Source: Octopus bimaculoides (Eukaryota). Taken from it: 64,000 bases of DNA. Each line of letters starts with the position of its first letter. The first letter of the stretch is position 1. The position numbers and the translations under genes are program-made. Positions 12,510-25,224 of this stretch are shown piece by piece. The stretch spans positions 161,731,817 through 161,795,816 of the forward strand of contig NC_068981.1 of assembly GCF_001194135.2 (NCBI RefSeq), read 5' to 3'. The notes under the pieces were generated by a model. That model had not been told where the DNA came from, made no database searches, and worked only from the letters and a program-made list of their open reading frames with translations.

Positions 12510-13624
12510 ATGGTAGGGAGACAGACACAAGTGTCTTGATGTAGGGGAAAGATATGCTGTAAAACCATGCAGTCTACCTTTTACTAGAGGTAGACTGCAT
12601 GATGTATGTGTGTAAACAGCCATGCTACATAGCAGTGAAACATGGGTTGTGACAACTGAGGACATGCGTAAGCTTGCAAGGAATGAAGCTAGTATGCTCC
12701 GCTGGATGTGTAATATCAGTGTGCATATATGACAGAGTGTAAGTGCCCTGAGAGAAAAGTTGGATTTAAGAAGCATCAGATGTGGTGTGCAAGAGAGACA
12801 ACTGCACTGGTATGGTCATGTGTTGTGTATGGATGGGGAAAGCAGTGTGAAAAGTGTCACACCCTAGCATCAGAGGGAACCTGTGGAAGAGGTAGACCTA
12901 TGAAGATCTGGGATGAGGTGATGAAGCACAACCTTCAAACGTTGGGCTTCATGGAAGCGATGCCAAGTGAGCAAGACCTTTGGAGATAAGCTGTGCGTGA
13001 GAAGACCTGGCAAACCATGTGAGACAGTAACTGTGGCCTATGTCAGTGCAGCATAACCAGCCCATTTAAAAGTACCCTTCAATCATTGGGCAATAAACTG
13101 AGCTTGCGAAGACCTGTTGAGGCAAGTGATGTCATTATCATGGCTGATGACAGTACCATCTGATTGGCACCTGTGCCAGTGACATGTAAAAAGCACCATT
13201 TGAGCGTGGTTGATGCCAGTGCTGCCTGACTGGTCCCATGCTGGTGGCATGTAAAAAGCACCATTCCAGTGCGATCGTTGCCAGTGCTGCTTGACTTGCT
13301 CCTGTGCTGGTGGCACATAAAAAGCACCATTTGAATGTGGTTGATGCCAGTGCCGCCTGACTGGTCTTGTACTGACGGCATGTAAAAAGTACCATTCAAG
13401 TATGGTTGATACCAGTACTGCCTGACTGGCCCTCATGCTAGTGGCACATAAAAAGCACCCACTACACTCTCAGAATGGTTGATGTTAGGAAGGACATCCA
13501 GCTGTAGACACTTTGCCAGATCAGACTGGAGCCTGGTGCAGCCATCTTGCTTGCCAGCTCTCAGTCAAACTGTCCAACCCATGTCAACATGGAAAGTGGA
13601 TGGTAAATGACAACGATGATGATG

Positions 13625-13625
<1 letters not shown>
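12510..13625 (+). mobile_element. RTE family 1 LINE, 5'-truncated: ORF C-terminus, ~65-bp tandem units in the 3' UTR, (GAT)n tail
   Basis: DMRKLARNEASMLRWMCN, EGTCGRGRPMKIWDEVMKHNLQTLG; aagcacc recurs at ~13191, 13256, 13322, 13387, 13453. Confidence 0.9.
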
Positions 13626-13664
<39 letters not shown>

Positions 13665-13769
13665 CTATATACATATATACATACATATATATATACATAC
13701 ATACATATTGTATCCCTGGGTGACTCTACAGCTTCCAAGACTACAATTGTGTTCGTCTTGGCTTACGAA

Positions 13770-14195
13770 AAATGACTGAATTGTGGGTGTTAAGCCCCTA
13801 TTAAGGAGTCTTACTAACCACTTAAGAAGTCAAAATTTTAGGAATATTACTTCATTTGTGTCTAATATCTATGGTTAAAATTTCATGAACAGCAAAAATA
13901 TATGAATTTTCATGGGGGTTATGGCCTCATTTATGCCCCTTCATTTTCAAACATATACTGCATTACATCTGTCCGTATGGATAGAATATAATTTCCAGAT
14001 TTCATAAACATCCATTCAGTACTTTTGACTTTGTTTTGGATCATAAAAAATGACTAAAATTTGGGAGTTAAGGCTCCATTAAGGGCAGGGTCTTAGAATC
14101 CTCACGAGAAGCAGAAACTTTGGGAATACTTCTTGATTTGTGTGAATTACCTATAGTTGAAATTTCATCAACATTGGAAATTTATGAATATATAT
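13770..14195. repeat. Diverged ~275-bp tandem duplication, probably internal to an old DNA element
   Basis: aaaaatgact...ttaag..cc.attaagg...ggaata...atttgtgt...aaatttcat occurs at ~13770 and ~14046. Confidence 0.45.
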
Positions 14196-14215
14196 ATGTG
14201 TGTGTGTGTGTGTAT

Positions 14216-14553
14216 AGTGAAGGTGCATGGCTCTGTGGTTAGGGCATCGAGCTTACGATCGAGAAGTTGTGAGTTCGAATCCTGGACTGGGCTGCATGTT
14301 GTGTTCTTGAGCAAGACACTTTATTTCACGTTGCTCCACTTCACTCTGCTGTAGAAATGAGTTGCGACGTCACTGGTGCCAAGCTGTATCGGCCTTTGTC
14401 TTTCCCTTGAATAACACTGGTGGCGTGGAGAGGGGACGCCAGTATGCATGGGCGACTGCTGGTCTTCCATAAACAAACTTGCCCTGACTTGTACCTTGGA
14501 GGGCAACTTTCTAAGTGCAAACCCATGGTCAGTCATGACTGAAGGGGGTCTCG
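14216..14553 (+). mobile_element. SINE-D head with tail Z
   Basis: gtgaaggtgcatggctctgtggttagggc...gttcgaatcc (A/B boxes), then ttgtgttcttgagcaagacactttatttcacgttgctcc. Confidence 0.8.
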
Positions 14554-14580
14554 GCTCAGTCTCTCACACACACACACACA

Positions 14581-14622
<42 letters not shown>

Positions 14623-14895
14623 ATACTGAGGAACCATCTAAAAAGGCTATATTTAAAAAAAAAACGTCTGGTACTCATATTGTTGGTCTCTTTTGTGGAA
14701 CTGTTATGCTATGGGGACATAAACAAACCAACACCAGTTGTCAAGCTATGTTAAGGGACAAACACAAAGTCACAAATATATATATATATATGTGTACACA
14801 TAAACTATGTCTATGTAGATATGTATATACAAGTATGCTTGCGTAAATTTTAATACTATGTATTGTTTTGGTGTTATCATGAGGTATACAGTATA

Positions 14896-15096
14896 CTCTT
14901 TTACTTGTTTCAGTCATTTGACTGTGGCCATGCTGGAGCACTGCCTTTAGTCAAGCAAATCAACCCCAGGACTTATTCTTTGTAAGCCTAGTATTTATTC
15001 TATCGGTCTCTTTTGCCAAACCGCTAAATTACGGGGACATAAACACCAGCATAGGTTGTCAAGCGATGTTGGGGGGTGCCAAATACAGACACACAA

Positions 15097-15127
<31 letters not shown>

Positions 15128-15336
15128 TATATATATNNNNNNNNNNNNNNNNNNNNNTATATATACATATATACAACGGGCTTCTTTCAGTTTCCGTCTA
15201 CCAAATCCACTCACAAGGGTTTGGTCAGCCCGAGGCTATAGTAGAAGACACTTGCCGAAGGTGCCATGCAGTGGGACTGAACCCGGAACCATGTGGTTGG
15301 TAAGCAAGCTACTTACCACACAGCCACTCCTGCGCC
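14896..15336 (-). mobile_element. SINE-A, full length; N-gap in its internal (TA)n
   Basis: Reverse complement of the 10361 copy. Confidence 0.9.
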
Positions 15337-16014
15337 TATGTAAAATATCAATGATCTTCTGAGTTACTTTATTTTCCTCGAGGTATCAATCTCTATAAAC
15401 CAGTGAAGATCAGCCAAAGAAACACATTGCTACATAGTCAACTTCAATATATTCTAGTCTGGTGAAGATTCTGAATGCGAATTCTGGCTAAGTGGAGTGA
15501 TTGATAGAACTTTTAAAGTTGAGTTGTTTTATCTCTGTCTGATAAAGAATAATATTTGAGTCGTCAAATTTATAAGTTTCAAGGATGGTTTTTCCCTTTA
15601 AGATATTAAAATGCCACCAGAAATACAATAAAAGTTATCTGCAAATATCTTTAGTACAATTTCATCATAATTTGACTAAGAATATGCTTATGCATTGTGC
15701 TGTTATTTTTAATGCTATAGTGACCAGCCTGTGGTGGTATAGGTATTCAAACTATTTTGGTATTCTATTACAATACCAAAATAGTTTGAACACTACATTT
15801 CTCTAGAATTTATTAAAGCTGTTGCTGTACCAAAGTCTAAGTATTTTGGTTCAATATTATTTCATTCTTGGCAATATCACATTAATTCCTCCCACACCAT
15901 ATTTCAACTTTAACTGTTGTTAGGCCGTTATGAGGTACACATACTTTTACTGGGCCAGAATGGTGAGAAAATATTGGGAAAATGCATTTGGTATAGATCT
16001 CTCAATTTATCCAT

Positions 16015-16445
16015 CTCTTACTTGTTTCAATCATTAGACTGCAGCCATGCTGGGGCAACACCTTGAAGGATTTAGTCAAATAAATTGACACCCAGTACTT
16101 TTTGTTTTTCAAGTTTGGCACTTATTCTATCGGTCTCTTTTTGCCAAACTGCTAAGTTATGAGAACATAAACAAAGCAACACTGGTTGCCAAGTGGTGGT
16201 GGGGACAATCATAAGCACACATATGCACATGTGCACATGCACACACATATCATCATCATCATCATCATTTAATGTCTGTTCTCCACATGTTGAGTTCTTT
16301 CAATTTCTGTCTACTAAATCCACTCACAAGCTTTGGTCAGCCCAAGGCTCTAGTAGAAGGTACTTGCCCAAGGTACCACACAATGGGACTAAATCCAGAA
16401 CCATGTGACTGGGAAGCAAACTTCAAATTACACAGCCACATCTGC
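16015..16445 (-). mobile_element. SINE-A, older copy
   Basis: ctcttacttgtttcaatcattagactgcagccatgctgg...ctactaaatccactcacaag...cacagccac. Confidence 0.8.
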
Positions 16446-18717
16446 ACCAGTTTTCCTAATGTACCTTAAACAAGACATATTCACTGGTTATGGCCAAGCT
16501 GGGATGCCACCTCCAAGGACATATTTACCAATTATACTGACTATTCTCCTTCCCAATTCTTGTTGTATCAACTGGGACTTATTTTATCCACTTGAGAAAG
16601 ATGATTTAGCAGTTTAGGTCTGCATGGGATTTGAACTCAGAACATAAATGTTGTAACTAAATTCCTCGAAGTCTTTAATTCTATAAATTATCGTTTCTGC
16701 TATCTGTCTACCTTAATTAAATCCTTTTTTTTTTCATATTACTGTTTCTTTTTCTTTTAATTACCATCTACCTGTGCAACTATAAAATATAATGTAGACA
16801 TCAAATATTTTCATATGATGACAGGCTATAGAGACAAGCACAAAATGTGTGTTCATAGGAGTATAACCTTCTGATGAGAAAAACAAAATGTACCGATAGG
16901 AAATTAGATTACATGGAATATATTTTCTTCGTTTTCTCCAAGTGCCAGAATTGGAATCCTGTCATGTCTGCTTGAATGCCCTATCTTGTAATAACAATGA
17001 AGGACAGGTTATAAATCAAAATGTGACTTTCACACTTCCTGTTAGCTATCAAAGCAACAGTAAGATAGAAAGTTATGAAAATTGAAGCTGGCCTTCCGAC
17101 ATTATGCCAATGTCCAGAACATTCTACTGCATTCTACCATCATCCATTCTGCCTGTTAATCGTCGCTAACCATAGCCAAATATATCATTAAAGAGCACTG
17201 AGTATAAACGAGAATATCATATTGCTAATATCATAGAATAGAACACTACATTTTTTTATATGTATTTATATACTGCCACTTGATATGTGTGTATGCATGT
17301 GTATGTGAGTAAGAATGTAAGTGTATATGTGTGCAAATACAAGCATACATCATACATAGACACGTATTTCCATACATTCTCTCTCACACTCACTGCTACA
17401 AATACACACATCTAAACCATAGTAGTAAGACAGAAGTTGAAGAGCATGGTGAAGTTTGGATTGATAGATTGTGCAGAAAGAGAAAAATTTAAAGGAAGAG
17501 ATAACATATATCAAAGGTGAGAGCAGCGAATTCCCAAAATTCTTCAGAATTAACATTTCAAGAATATTCCAAGGAAGAATGATTGGTAATAGTATTCATG
17601 GAGTTTTGAGATTATGTTGATGTGGTTACCATAGTAAAGGTTCCATATTTCAATGTGAGTCAAAGTGGCAGAATTGCTTTATCTTAGATGAACTTGGGAT
17701 TTGAACCTTCTGGGAAGAACTGTATTGTGGATAAGTTTGGGAGAGCAGTTTGCATTCTACTCAGAATAGGGGTCTTCACTGGAATCAGTATCGGCACCAA
17801 CATCACCATAGTCATCATCATCATCATTTTTTGTTTAGTACCAGGTCAATTAGACCGAGCTGATCTATGGTCAAAAGAGTTATGACCATAACTGTCTCAT
17901 TTTCAGTAGCATCACGTATTTTATTAACAATCAGCAGAAGTTACAAAATGACTCAAGGGCCAAGGGTTTCATGTGTTGGCATTTACCTAGGACTAAGTTA
18001 TCTCATTTGTCCTCCATTTGCTATGTTTCTTAGATAATAAGTATCTAGTTTGAGGAAAATATAGCTGGCTGCTATTTCTAGCTGGTCAGGTGATTAAGTA
18101 GAGGCTCCCGTCTGTGCCCAATTGAACATTTGGTTGTTGCTGTTGCTGTTGTTGTTTAGCCCCCAGGCCAACTTTGACTGATCACAATTACAAGGAAAGA
18201 CTTTCCAGTTATGACAATTGCATTTTCTTTTTCAAACACATAATCTTGACTGCATTAACTAATGTCATCATCATCATTTTGGGGTTGGACAAAATTTTGT
18301 TGAGGCTGATTTTCTACAGCTGGATGCCCTTCCTGTTGCTAACCCTCACCAGTTTCAAAGTAAAGTAACATTTCCCTGTAATCAGACATGTTTTCATAGA
18401 AGATTTGGAATGAAGGACACAGTTTGAATGATGGCGACATTTGTATACAACAACCAAGGCAATGACACACACACACACACACACACACATATATTCATAT
18501 ATAAAATGTACGAGGCATTTTTTGTCAGATGACTGAAACTAAGAGGTATGTACTCTGAGTATATACTTGGTTTGGTACACCCCTAAAATTCCAATATAAA
18601 CTGCAGTTGAATATGTGATTTTGAAATTGCCTTTCTAAAGCAGCTAGAAATGGCTTCCCCTTGAGCAGGTGTGTATAGATTAAAAGAGAAATGAAGAAGA
18701 TAACAATTTGGTAACAT

Positions 18718-18847
18718 TTGACAAGGTCATTTAATTTAGCTATATAATATGATATAATGCAATACAAAGGTGTATATAGAGATTATATACACCTTTGTAT
18801 TGTATTATATCATATCATTATATAGGTAAATTAAATGTCCTTGTCAA
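18718..18847. repeat. Near-perfect 130-bp palindrome (~61-64-bp arms, 5-nt loop)
   Basis: ttgacaaggtcatttaattt...ggtgtatata / gagat / tatatacacc...aaattaaatgtccttgtcaa. Confidence 0.9.
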
Positions 18848-18909
18848 GTCTTACTAAATTGCTTGCCTCTTCATTTTTGTTTTAATCTATATTCATATGT
18901 ACATATATG

Positions 18910-18946
<37 letters not shown>

Positions 18947-19209
18947 NNNNNNNNNNNNNNNNNNNNNNNNNNNNNNNNNNNNNNNNNNNNNNNNNNNNNN
19001 NNNNNNNNNNNNNNNNNNNNNNNNNNNNNNNNNNNNNNNNNNNNNNNNNNNNNNNNNNNNNNNNNNNNNNNNNNNNNNNNNNNNNNNNNNNNNNNNNNNN
19101 NNNNNNNNNNNNNNNNNNNNNNNNNNNNNNNNNNNNNNNNNNNNNNNNNNNNNNNNNNNNNNTATATATATACATGCACATATATATATATCTATATATA
19201 TATATATAT

Positions 19210-19372
19210 ACTACACTCTCGGAGTGGTTGGCGTTAGGAAGGGTATCCAGCTGTAGAAACTCTGCCAAATCAGATTGGAGCTTGGTGTAGCCATCTGGTT
19301 TCACCAGTCCTCAGTCAAATCGTCCAACCCATGCTAGCATGAAAAGCGGATGCTAAACGATGATGATGATGA

Positions 19373-19375
<3 letters not shown>
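19210..19375 (+). mobile_element. RTE family 1 3' tail
   Basis: ctacactctcggagtggttggcgttaggaagg...gatgatgat. Confidence 0.85.
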
Positions 19376-19406
<31 letters not shown>

Positions 19407-19629
19407 CAAGTTTCTTTTAGTTTTTAAATAATAATAATGAAATTATTGTGTATAGTGCTCAGGTGCACTACAACATAAATCCCTTCACAAGGCTTTGGCC
19501 AGTATGGGGTTATAGTAGAAGTCACCTGCTGAATGTACCATGCTGTGGGAATGAACCTGGAACCATGTGATTGGGAAGCAGACTTCTTACCACACAGCCA
19601 CATCTTGTTTTAGTTTGTAATATTGGTTT

Positions 19630-19845
19630 TAAATTTTGGCACAAGGCCAGCAACTTCAGGGAAGGGGTGAGTTAATTACCCTGACACTCCACTCCCCCAC
19701 CAATGATCAGCTGGTATTTATTTTATCAGCCCTGAAAGGACAAAAGGCAAAGTTGACCTCAGTGGAATTTGAGCTCAGAACATAAGACAGATGAAATACT
19801 GCTAAGCATTTTGCCTGGCATGTCAACGATTCTGCCAAATTCTCA
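19630..19845 (-). mobile_element. SINE-B
   Basis: Reverse complement of head ggcagaatcg...ctgagctcaaattccactgaggtcaactttgcc and tail tggccttgtgcca. Confidence 0.8.
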
Positions 19846-19885
19846 CCTTTTTTTAGTTTGTATTATTTTTATAAGAGTGAGAGCA

Positions 19886-20105
19886 GTAAGCTGGCAGAAT
19901 CGTCAGCATACCAAGAAAAATGCCTTGCAGCATTTCATCCATCTTTACACTATGAATTCAATTTCCACTGAGGTTCACCTTATCTTTCGTCCTTTCAGGG
20001 TCGATAAACTAAGTACAAGTTGAACACTGGGGTTCAATGTAATTGACTTATCCCCTTCCCTGAAATTTCTGGCCTTGTGCCAAAATTTGAAATCAATATT
20101 ATTAT
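19886..20105 (+). mobile_element. SINE-B, back-to-back with the 19630 copy
   Basis: agctggcagaatcgtcagc...tttcaggggtcgataa-type body, ctggccttgtgccaaaatttgaaatc(aat/att). Confidence 0.8.
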
Positions 20106-20109
20106 TATA

Positions 20110-20274
20110 GGCGCAGAAGTGGCTGTGTGGTAAGTAGCTTGCTTACCAACCACATGGTTCTGGGTTCAGTCCCACTGCATGGTACCTTGGGCAAGTGTCT
20201 TCTACTATAGCCTCGGGCCGACCAAAATCTTGTGAGTAGATTTGGTAGACGGAAACTGAAAGAAGCCCGTCGTA

Positions 20275-20334
<60 letters not shown>

Positions 20335-20541
20335 TGTGTGTCTGTGTTTGTCCCCCCAGCATCGTTTGACAATCGATGCTGGTGTGATTACGTTCCGTAA
20401 CTTAGTGGTTCGGCAAAAGAGACCGATAGAATAAGTACTAGGCTTACAAAGAATAAGTCCTGGGGTCGATTTGCTCGACTAAAGGCGGTGCTCCAGCATG
20501 GCCACAGTCTTATGACTGAAACAAGTAAAAGAGCAAAAGAG
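20110..20541 (+). mobile_element. SINE-A, full length
   Basis: ggcgcagaagtggctgtgtgg...(TA)n...gactgaaacaagtaaaagag. Confidence 0.9.
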
Positions 20542-21046
20542 ATAGTGTTATCATGTGAAATCTATAACCTGCTCACTGATACCTGAGTAGAAATATCTTT
20601 GTCTGTCTTCCTGCCTGCCTGTTTACCTTCTCACCCATTTGCACACGTATACATACCCATATCCGTGCATGTGCCTGTGTATCTGTGCACTGAAGCATAA
20701 AATTTTAGTTCATCTATAGCAATTTTCGCATTAAGTTTTCCAAAGAAAATCTGCCAACCTTAACAGATAACAGTAAATATAAGAATGGCAAAACAGCTTC
20801 AATGATCAAGAATGTTAATTGTTGCATGAAAATTTCATGCTTAGTTGATAAATTCCCTTCAGAAGCTCACATCACAACAGTTTTCTGGGCTGTTGCCTTT
20901 ATTGATCATGTGACACAGGTTGTGAAAGATGACATTTTTTGTCGTTTTTCTAAAATTCCACATGTTATGTCTTATATTTTGCCTGTCTGTTCATTACCAT
21001 CTTGATGGCATGTTATTAGAATGGTTTTAATTAGTTGGTCAATGTA

Positions 21047-21294
21047 CAGGGTTGACCAAAAGTCACCTGACAGTAAATCAAAACTCTTTTAATTCCAAGA
21101 TTAAAACAAAAAATTATTTTATATGGGACTTTGGTAATAAATAGGCAAATGTTGAAAAAAAAAATTTTTTAAATGGTGATTTTAACTCACAGCATTCAAT
21201 TATTAAACTTTCATAATTGGAATGAATACATAAAAGTGAACATTAAGTATTTATGGAATTTTGATTTAGTGTTCGGTGACTTTGGCCAACCCTG
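21047..21294. mobile_element. Tc1/mariner-type MITE, 248 bp
   Basis: TA-cagggttgaccaaaagtcacc ... ggtgactttggccaaccctg-TA: ~22-bp TIRs with TA duplication. Confidence 0.85.
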
Positions 21295-21751
21295 TATATG
21301 TGTGCGTGTGTATATAAATATATATGTATGTGTATATATATATGTGTATATATATGTGTGTATATGTGTGTGTGTGTATGTATGTATGTATGTATGTATG
21401 CATGCATGCATGCATGCATGTATGTATGTATGTATGTATGTATGTATGTATGTATGTATGTTAAATTCAAATTACGATAAACGTAAACAAACAAACGAAG
21501 TTTGCTTTTAGAAGCGTTGAGATGTCTTAGAAAGTTACAGAAGTGATTTTAAATTCTCAAACACAGGATAATGCTAATAATATAGCCTAAACAGGATAAG
21601 CTACCCCTATTTTGCAGAAAAAAGTGTAGGCGGCCAGCTATGTATGTATGTATGTATGTATGTATGCATGCATGTATGTATGTANNNNNNNNNNATGTGT
21701 ATATATTTGTATATATGTGTGTTTATATATGTATATATATGTGTGTGTATA

Positions 21752-21920
21752 CGAGGTGGTATCAAATTGTTCTAAGACTAGTTATGTTTAATAAAAAATA
21801 ACTTTTGTACCTAAGTTTTAACATCATTGCCTTCAAAATATTCACCTTCTACAGCAATACACTGGTCCCAGCGTTCCTGCCACTTTTGGAATCCAGTCTG
21901 GAAGTCGTTTTCTGTGAGTT
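21752..21920 (-). mobile_element. Mariner 3' end remnant
   Basis: TA-cgaggtggtatcaaa terminus; minus strand encodes FQKWQERWDQCIAVEGEYFE, the mariner transposase C-terminus. Confidence 0.75.
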
Positions 21921-22480
21921 GATTACTATGCGTAGGGTGGAGGTGCAATGGCCCAGTCGTTAGGGCATCGGACTCGCGGTCATAGGATCGCGGTTTCGAT
22001 TCCCAGATTGGGCGGTGTGAGTGTTTATTGAGCGAAAACACCTAAAAGCTCCATGGGGCTCCGGCAGGGGATGGTGGCGAACCCTGCTGTACTCTTCCAC
22101 CACAACTTTCTCTCACTCTTATTTCCTGTTTCTGTTGTGCCTGTAATTCAAAGGGTCAGCCTTGTCACACTGTGTCACGCTGAATATCCCCGAGAACTAC
22201 GTTAAGGGTACACGTGTCTGTGGAGTGCTCAGCCACTTGCACGTTAATTTCACGAGCAGGCTGTTCCATTGATCGGATCAACTGGAACCCTCGACGTCGT
22301 AAGCGATGGAGTGCCAACAACAACAACAACTATGTGTAGGGTGTGGTTGAGAAAGACACCAACCACTCTGCTGGAAACACCAAGGCCAAGCTAGTGACCA
22401 AGATGAAGGAGGTGTTTGAAGATCTCAGGAACACAGTAAGAATTCATGCACCAGGTTCCAGGGCCTGAGAGCAGCTACTT
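21921..22480 (+). mobile_element. maT-like transposase C-terminal remnant interrupted by a SINE
   Basis: Rejoined flanks read DYYV*GVVEKDTN...NTKAKL...MKEVF, similar to DYYVCGTVE*ETN...NTKDEL at 58690-58760. Confidence 0.6.
21940..22328 (+). mobile_element. SINE-C head with tail X, (CAA)n end, 15-bp TSD
   Basis: TSD actatg(c/t)gtagggtg at 21925-21939 and 22329-22343; tRNA-like ggaggtgcaatggcccagtcgttaggg...gtttcgattccc. Confidence 0.9.
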
Positions 22481-22523
22481 TGAGTATACAGCTATCTGCC
22501 TGCCACAATCTAGTTACTATTTA

Positions 22524-22922
22524 CTCTTTTACTTGTTTCAGTCATTTGACTGTGGCCATGCTGGATCACCGCCTTTAGTCGAGCAAATTGACCCCAGGAC
22601 TTATTCTTTGTAAGCCTAGTACTTATTCTATCAGTCTCTTTTGCCGAACCGCTAAGTTACGGGGATGTAAACACACCAACATTGGTTGTCAAGCGATGTC
22701 AGGGGGACAAACATAGACACACAAACACACATATATATATACATATACATATATATACGACGGACTTCTTTCAGTTTCTGTCTACCAAATCCACTCACAA
22801 GGCTTTGGTTGGCCCTGAGGCTATAGTAGAAGACACTTGCCCAAGGTACCACACAGTGGGACTGAACCCGGAACCATGTAGTTGGCAAGCAAGCTACTTA
22901 CCACACAGCCACTTCTGTGCCT
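22524..22922 (-). mobile_element. SINE-A, full length
   Basis: Reverse complement of the 10361 copy. Confidence 0.9.
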
Positions 22923-23039
22923 GTTGATAATTTTTATTTTTTTTGATTTTTTAAAAATACTTTTCTCTCTCAGAGAATCTTTGTCTTCCATGTTACTTGG
23001 TAACCCTTGGTAACCCTGCAGTGTTGCGTGCCACACAAA

Positions 23040-23610
23040 AAGCAGCCAGTTCACACTGCAAAGTGGTTGGCATTTGGAAGGGCATCCAACTTTAAAAACC
23101 ATGCTGAAACTATGCTTATGCCACATGAAAACTCTCTCTCCACCCTGCTGGGTGCTTGGTGGTTGGTGTTAGGAAGAGCTGTAAAGAACCATGCCAAAAC
23201 TGACCTTACCTATGCTTGTGCCACGTAAAAAGCACTCTGTCCACCTTGCTGGGTGGTTAGTGTCCAGAAAAGTTACCAGCTGTAAAAACCATGCCTAAAC
23301 TGACCTCACCTGTGCTTAAGCCATATGAAAAGCACTCCGACCACCCTGCTGGGTGGTTGGTGTTAGGAAGAGCATCCAGCTGTAAAAACTCTGTCATAAC
23401 TAACCTCACCGGTGCTTGTGCCACATAGAAAGCATTCTGTCCACCCGGTTGGGTGGTTGGTGTTAACAAAAGCATCCACCTGTAAAAACCGTGACAAAAG
23501 TTAGGAAGACCATCCAGCTGAAAAAAACCTAGCCAGCTCCTGTCAAGCCGTCCAACCCATGCCAGCATGGAAGGTGGATCTTAAATGATGATGATGATGA
23601 TGAGGAGGAG
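23040..23610 (+). mobile_element. RTE family 1-related 3' UTR with five ~97-bp tandem units
   Basis: ggtt(g/a)g...gaa.(a/g)gcatcca...tgtaaaaac at 23065, 23161, 23255, 23355, 23455; ends catgccagcatggaagg...(GAT)n. Confidence 0.85.
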
Positions 23611-23832
23611 GAGGAGGAAGAGGAGGGGGGGAGAAGATGGACAGGGATATTGTGTTTTCTTTTCCCATTATGCAAACTGTCAAATTTAACCTGAACATCT
23701 CCTATGCTAGTCATGGTGGAGGTGATTCCATTGGCAGAGACATTGTATAGGGTCGAGTGGACCCTTTCTTGTCTGCGAGAATCTGTATGGATATCAGAGT
23801 ACATTTGTTTTTGTGTTGTGTATGTGTGTGTG

Positions 23833-23863
<31 letters not shown>

Positions 23864-23899
23864 AAATGTTGTTGCACAGTCTTTATGATGTTGAGCAAT

Positions 23900-23950
<51 letters not shown>

Positions 23951-24526
23951 TCATGGTTGCACACACTTTATAGTTTTGAGCAATCATCCGTGTGTTTGGG
24001 GGGTGTGTCTTTGTGCTTTTGTTGTTGCTACTGTCGTAGTGTTTATTTATGTATTCATTTTAGTGCTTATTTTTCTGTCAGTTGGGTTAAATATAAGCTG
24101 GCAGTGGCAACAATAGATAAAAGTAAATGGATATGTGTGGGTGTGAGTGGTGAATGTGTATGCTTTGTTGTAGTTTGTCATTTATAGTTTATTCAATTGC
24201 AATGATGCCTTTGTCTGTGCATGTCTGTGTGTGTGTGTGTGTGTGTATGTTTGGTGTGTGTATGTGTGTGTGTGTGTTTGATGTGTGTGTATGTGTGTGT
24301 AGTTGGAGTTTGGTGTGTGTTTGGTGCAGATGTGTCATGTAGGTGTGTGTTTGATGTGTGTATGTGTGTATGTGTATTTGGCGTTGGTGTATGTGTGTAT
24401 GTTTGGTGTGAACATGTGTTTGGTGTATATGTGTGTGTGTGTGTGCGTGTGCGTGTGTTTGGTGTGTGTATGTGTGTATGTGTGTATGTGTGTATGTGTG
24501 TGTATGTGAGGGTGTGTCTATTCATA

Positions 24527-24753
24527 CTCTCTTTTACTTTTTTACTTGTTTCAGTCATTTGACTACGGCCATGCTGGAGCACCGCTTTTAGTCGAGCAAA
24601 TCGACCCCGGGACTTATTCGTTGTAAGCCTAGTACTTATTCTATCGGTCTCTTTCTTCGAACCGCTAAGTGATGGGGACGTAAACACACCAGCATCGGTT
24701 GTCAAGCAATGCTAGGGGGTCAAACACAGACACACAAACACACACACACACAC

Positions 24754-24807
<54 letters not shown>

Positions 24808-24889
24808 GACNNNNNNNNNNCACACCAGCATCGGTTGTCAAGCAATGCTAGGGGGTCAAACACAGACACACAAACACACACACACACAC

Positions 24890-24943
<54 letters not shown>

Positions 24944-25100
24944 GACGGGCTTCATTCAGTTTCTGTCTACCAAATCCACTCACAAGGCTTTGGCCGGCCC
25001 GAGGCTATAGTAGAAAACACTTGCCCAAGATGCCACACAGTGGGACTGAACCCAGAGCCATGTGGTTGGTAAGCAAGCTACTTACCACACAGCCACTCCT
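24527..25100 (-). mobile_element. SINE-A containing an assembly-duplicated segment around an N10 gap
   Basis: 24685-24810 is repeated at 24821-24946. Confidence 0.9.
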
Positions 25101-25188
25101 TAAGTTCTAGATATTTTTCACATATATATAAACATGTACCAATATACTCATACACTCATAGATACAAATACATATTACAGCTCTACAT

Positions 25189-25224
<36 letters not shown>

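Noticed and set aside
16871-16905. CTGATGA...GAAA spacing reminiscent of a hammerhead (similar at 5202, 5822)
   Set aside because: No helix I, II or III pairing around the core.
23040-23530. Regularly spaced repeats resembling a CRISPR array (also 13150-13470)
   Set aside because: The spacers are homologous to each other, the context is a eukaryotic LINE 3' UTR and there are no cas genes.
24685-24946. 126-bp direct duplication inside a SINE-A
   Set aside because: The two copies flank an N10 gap exactly; this is an unmerged contig overlap.
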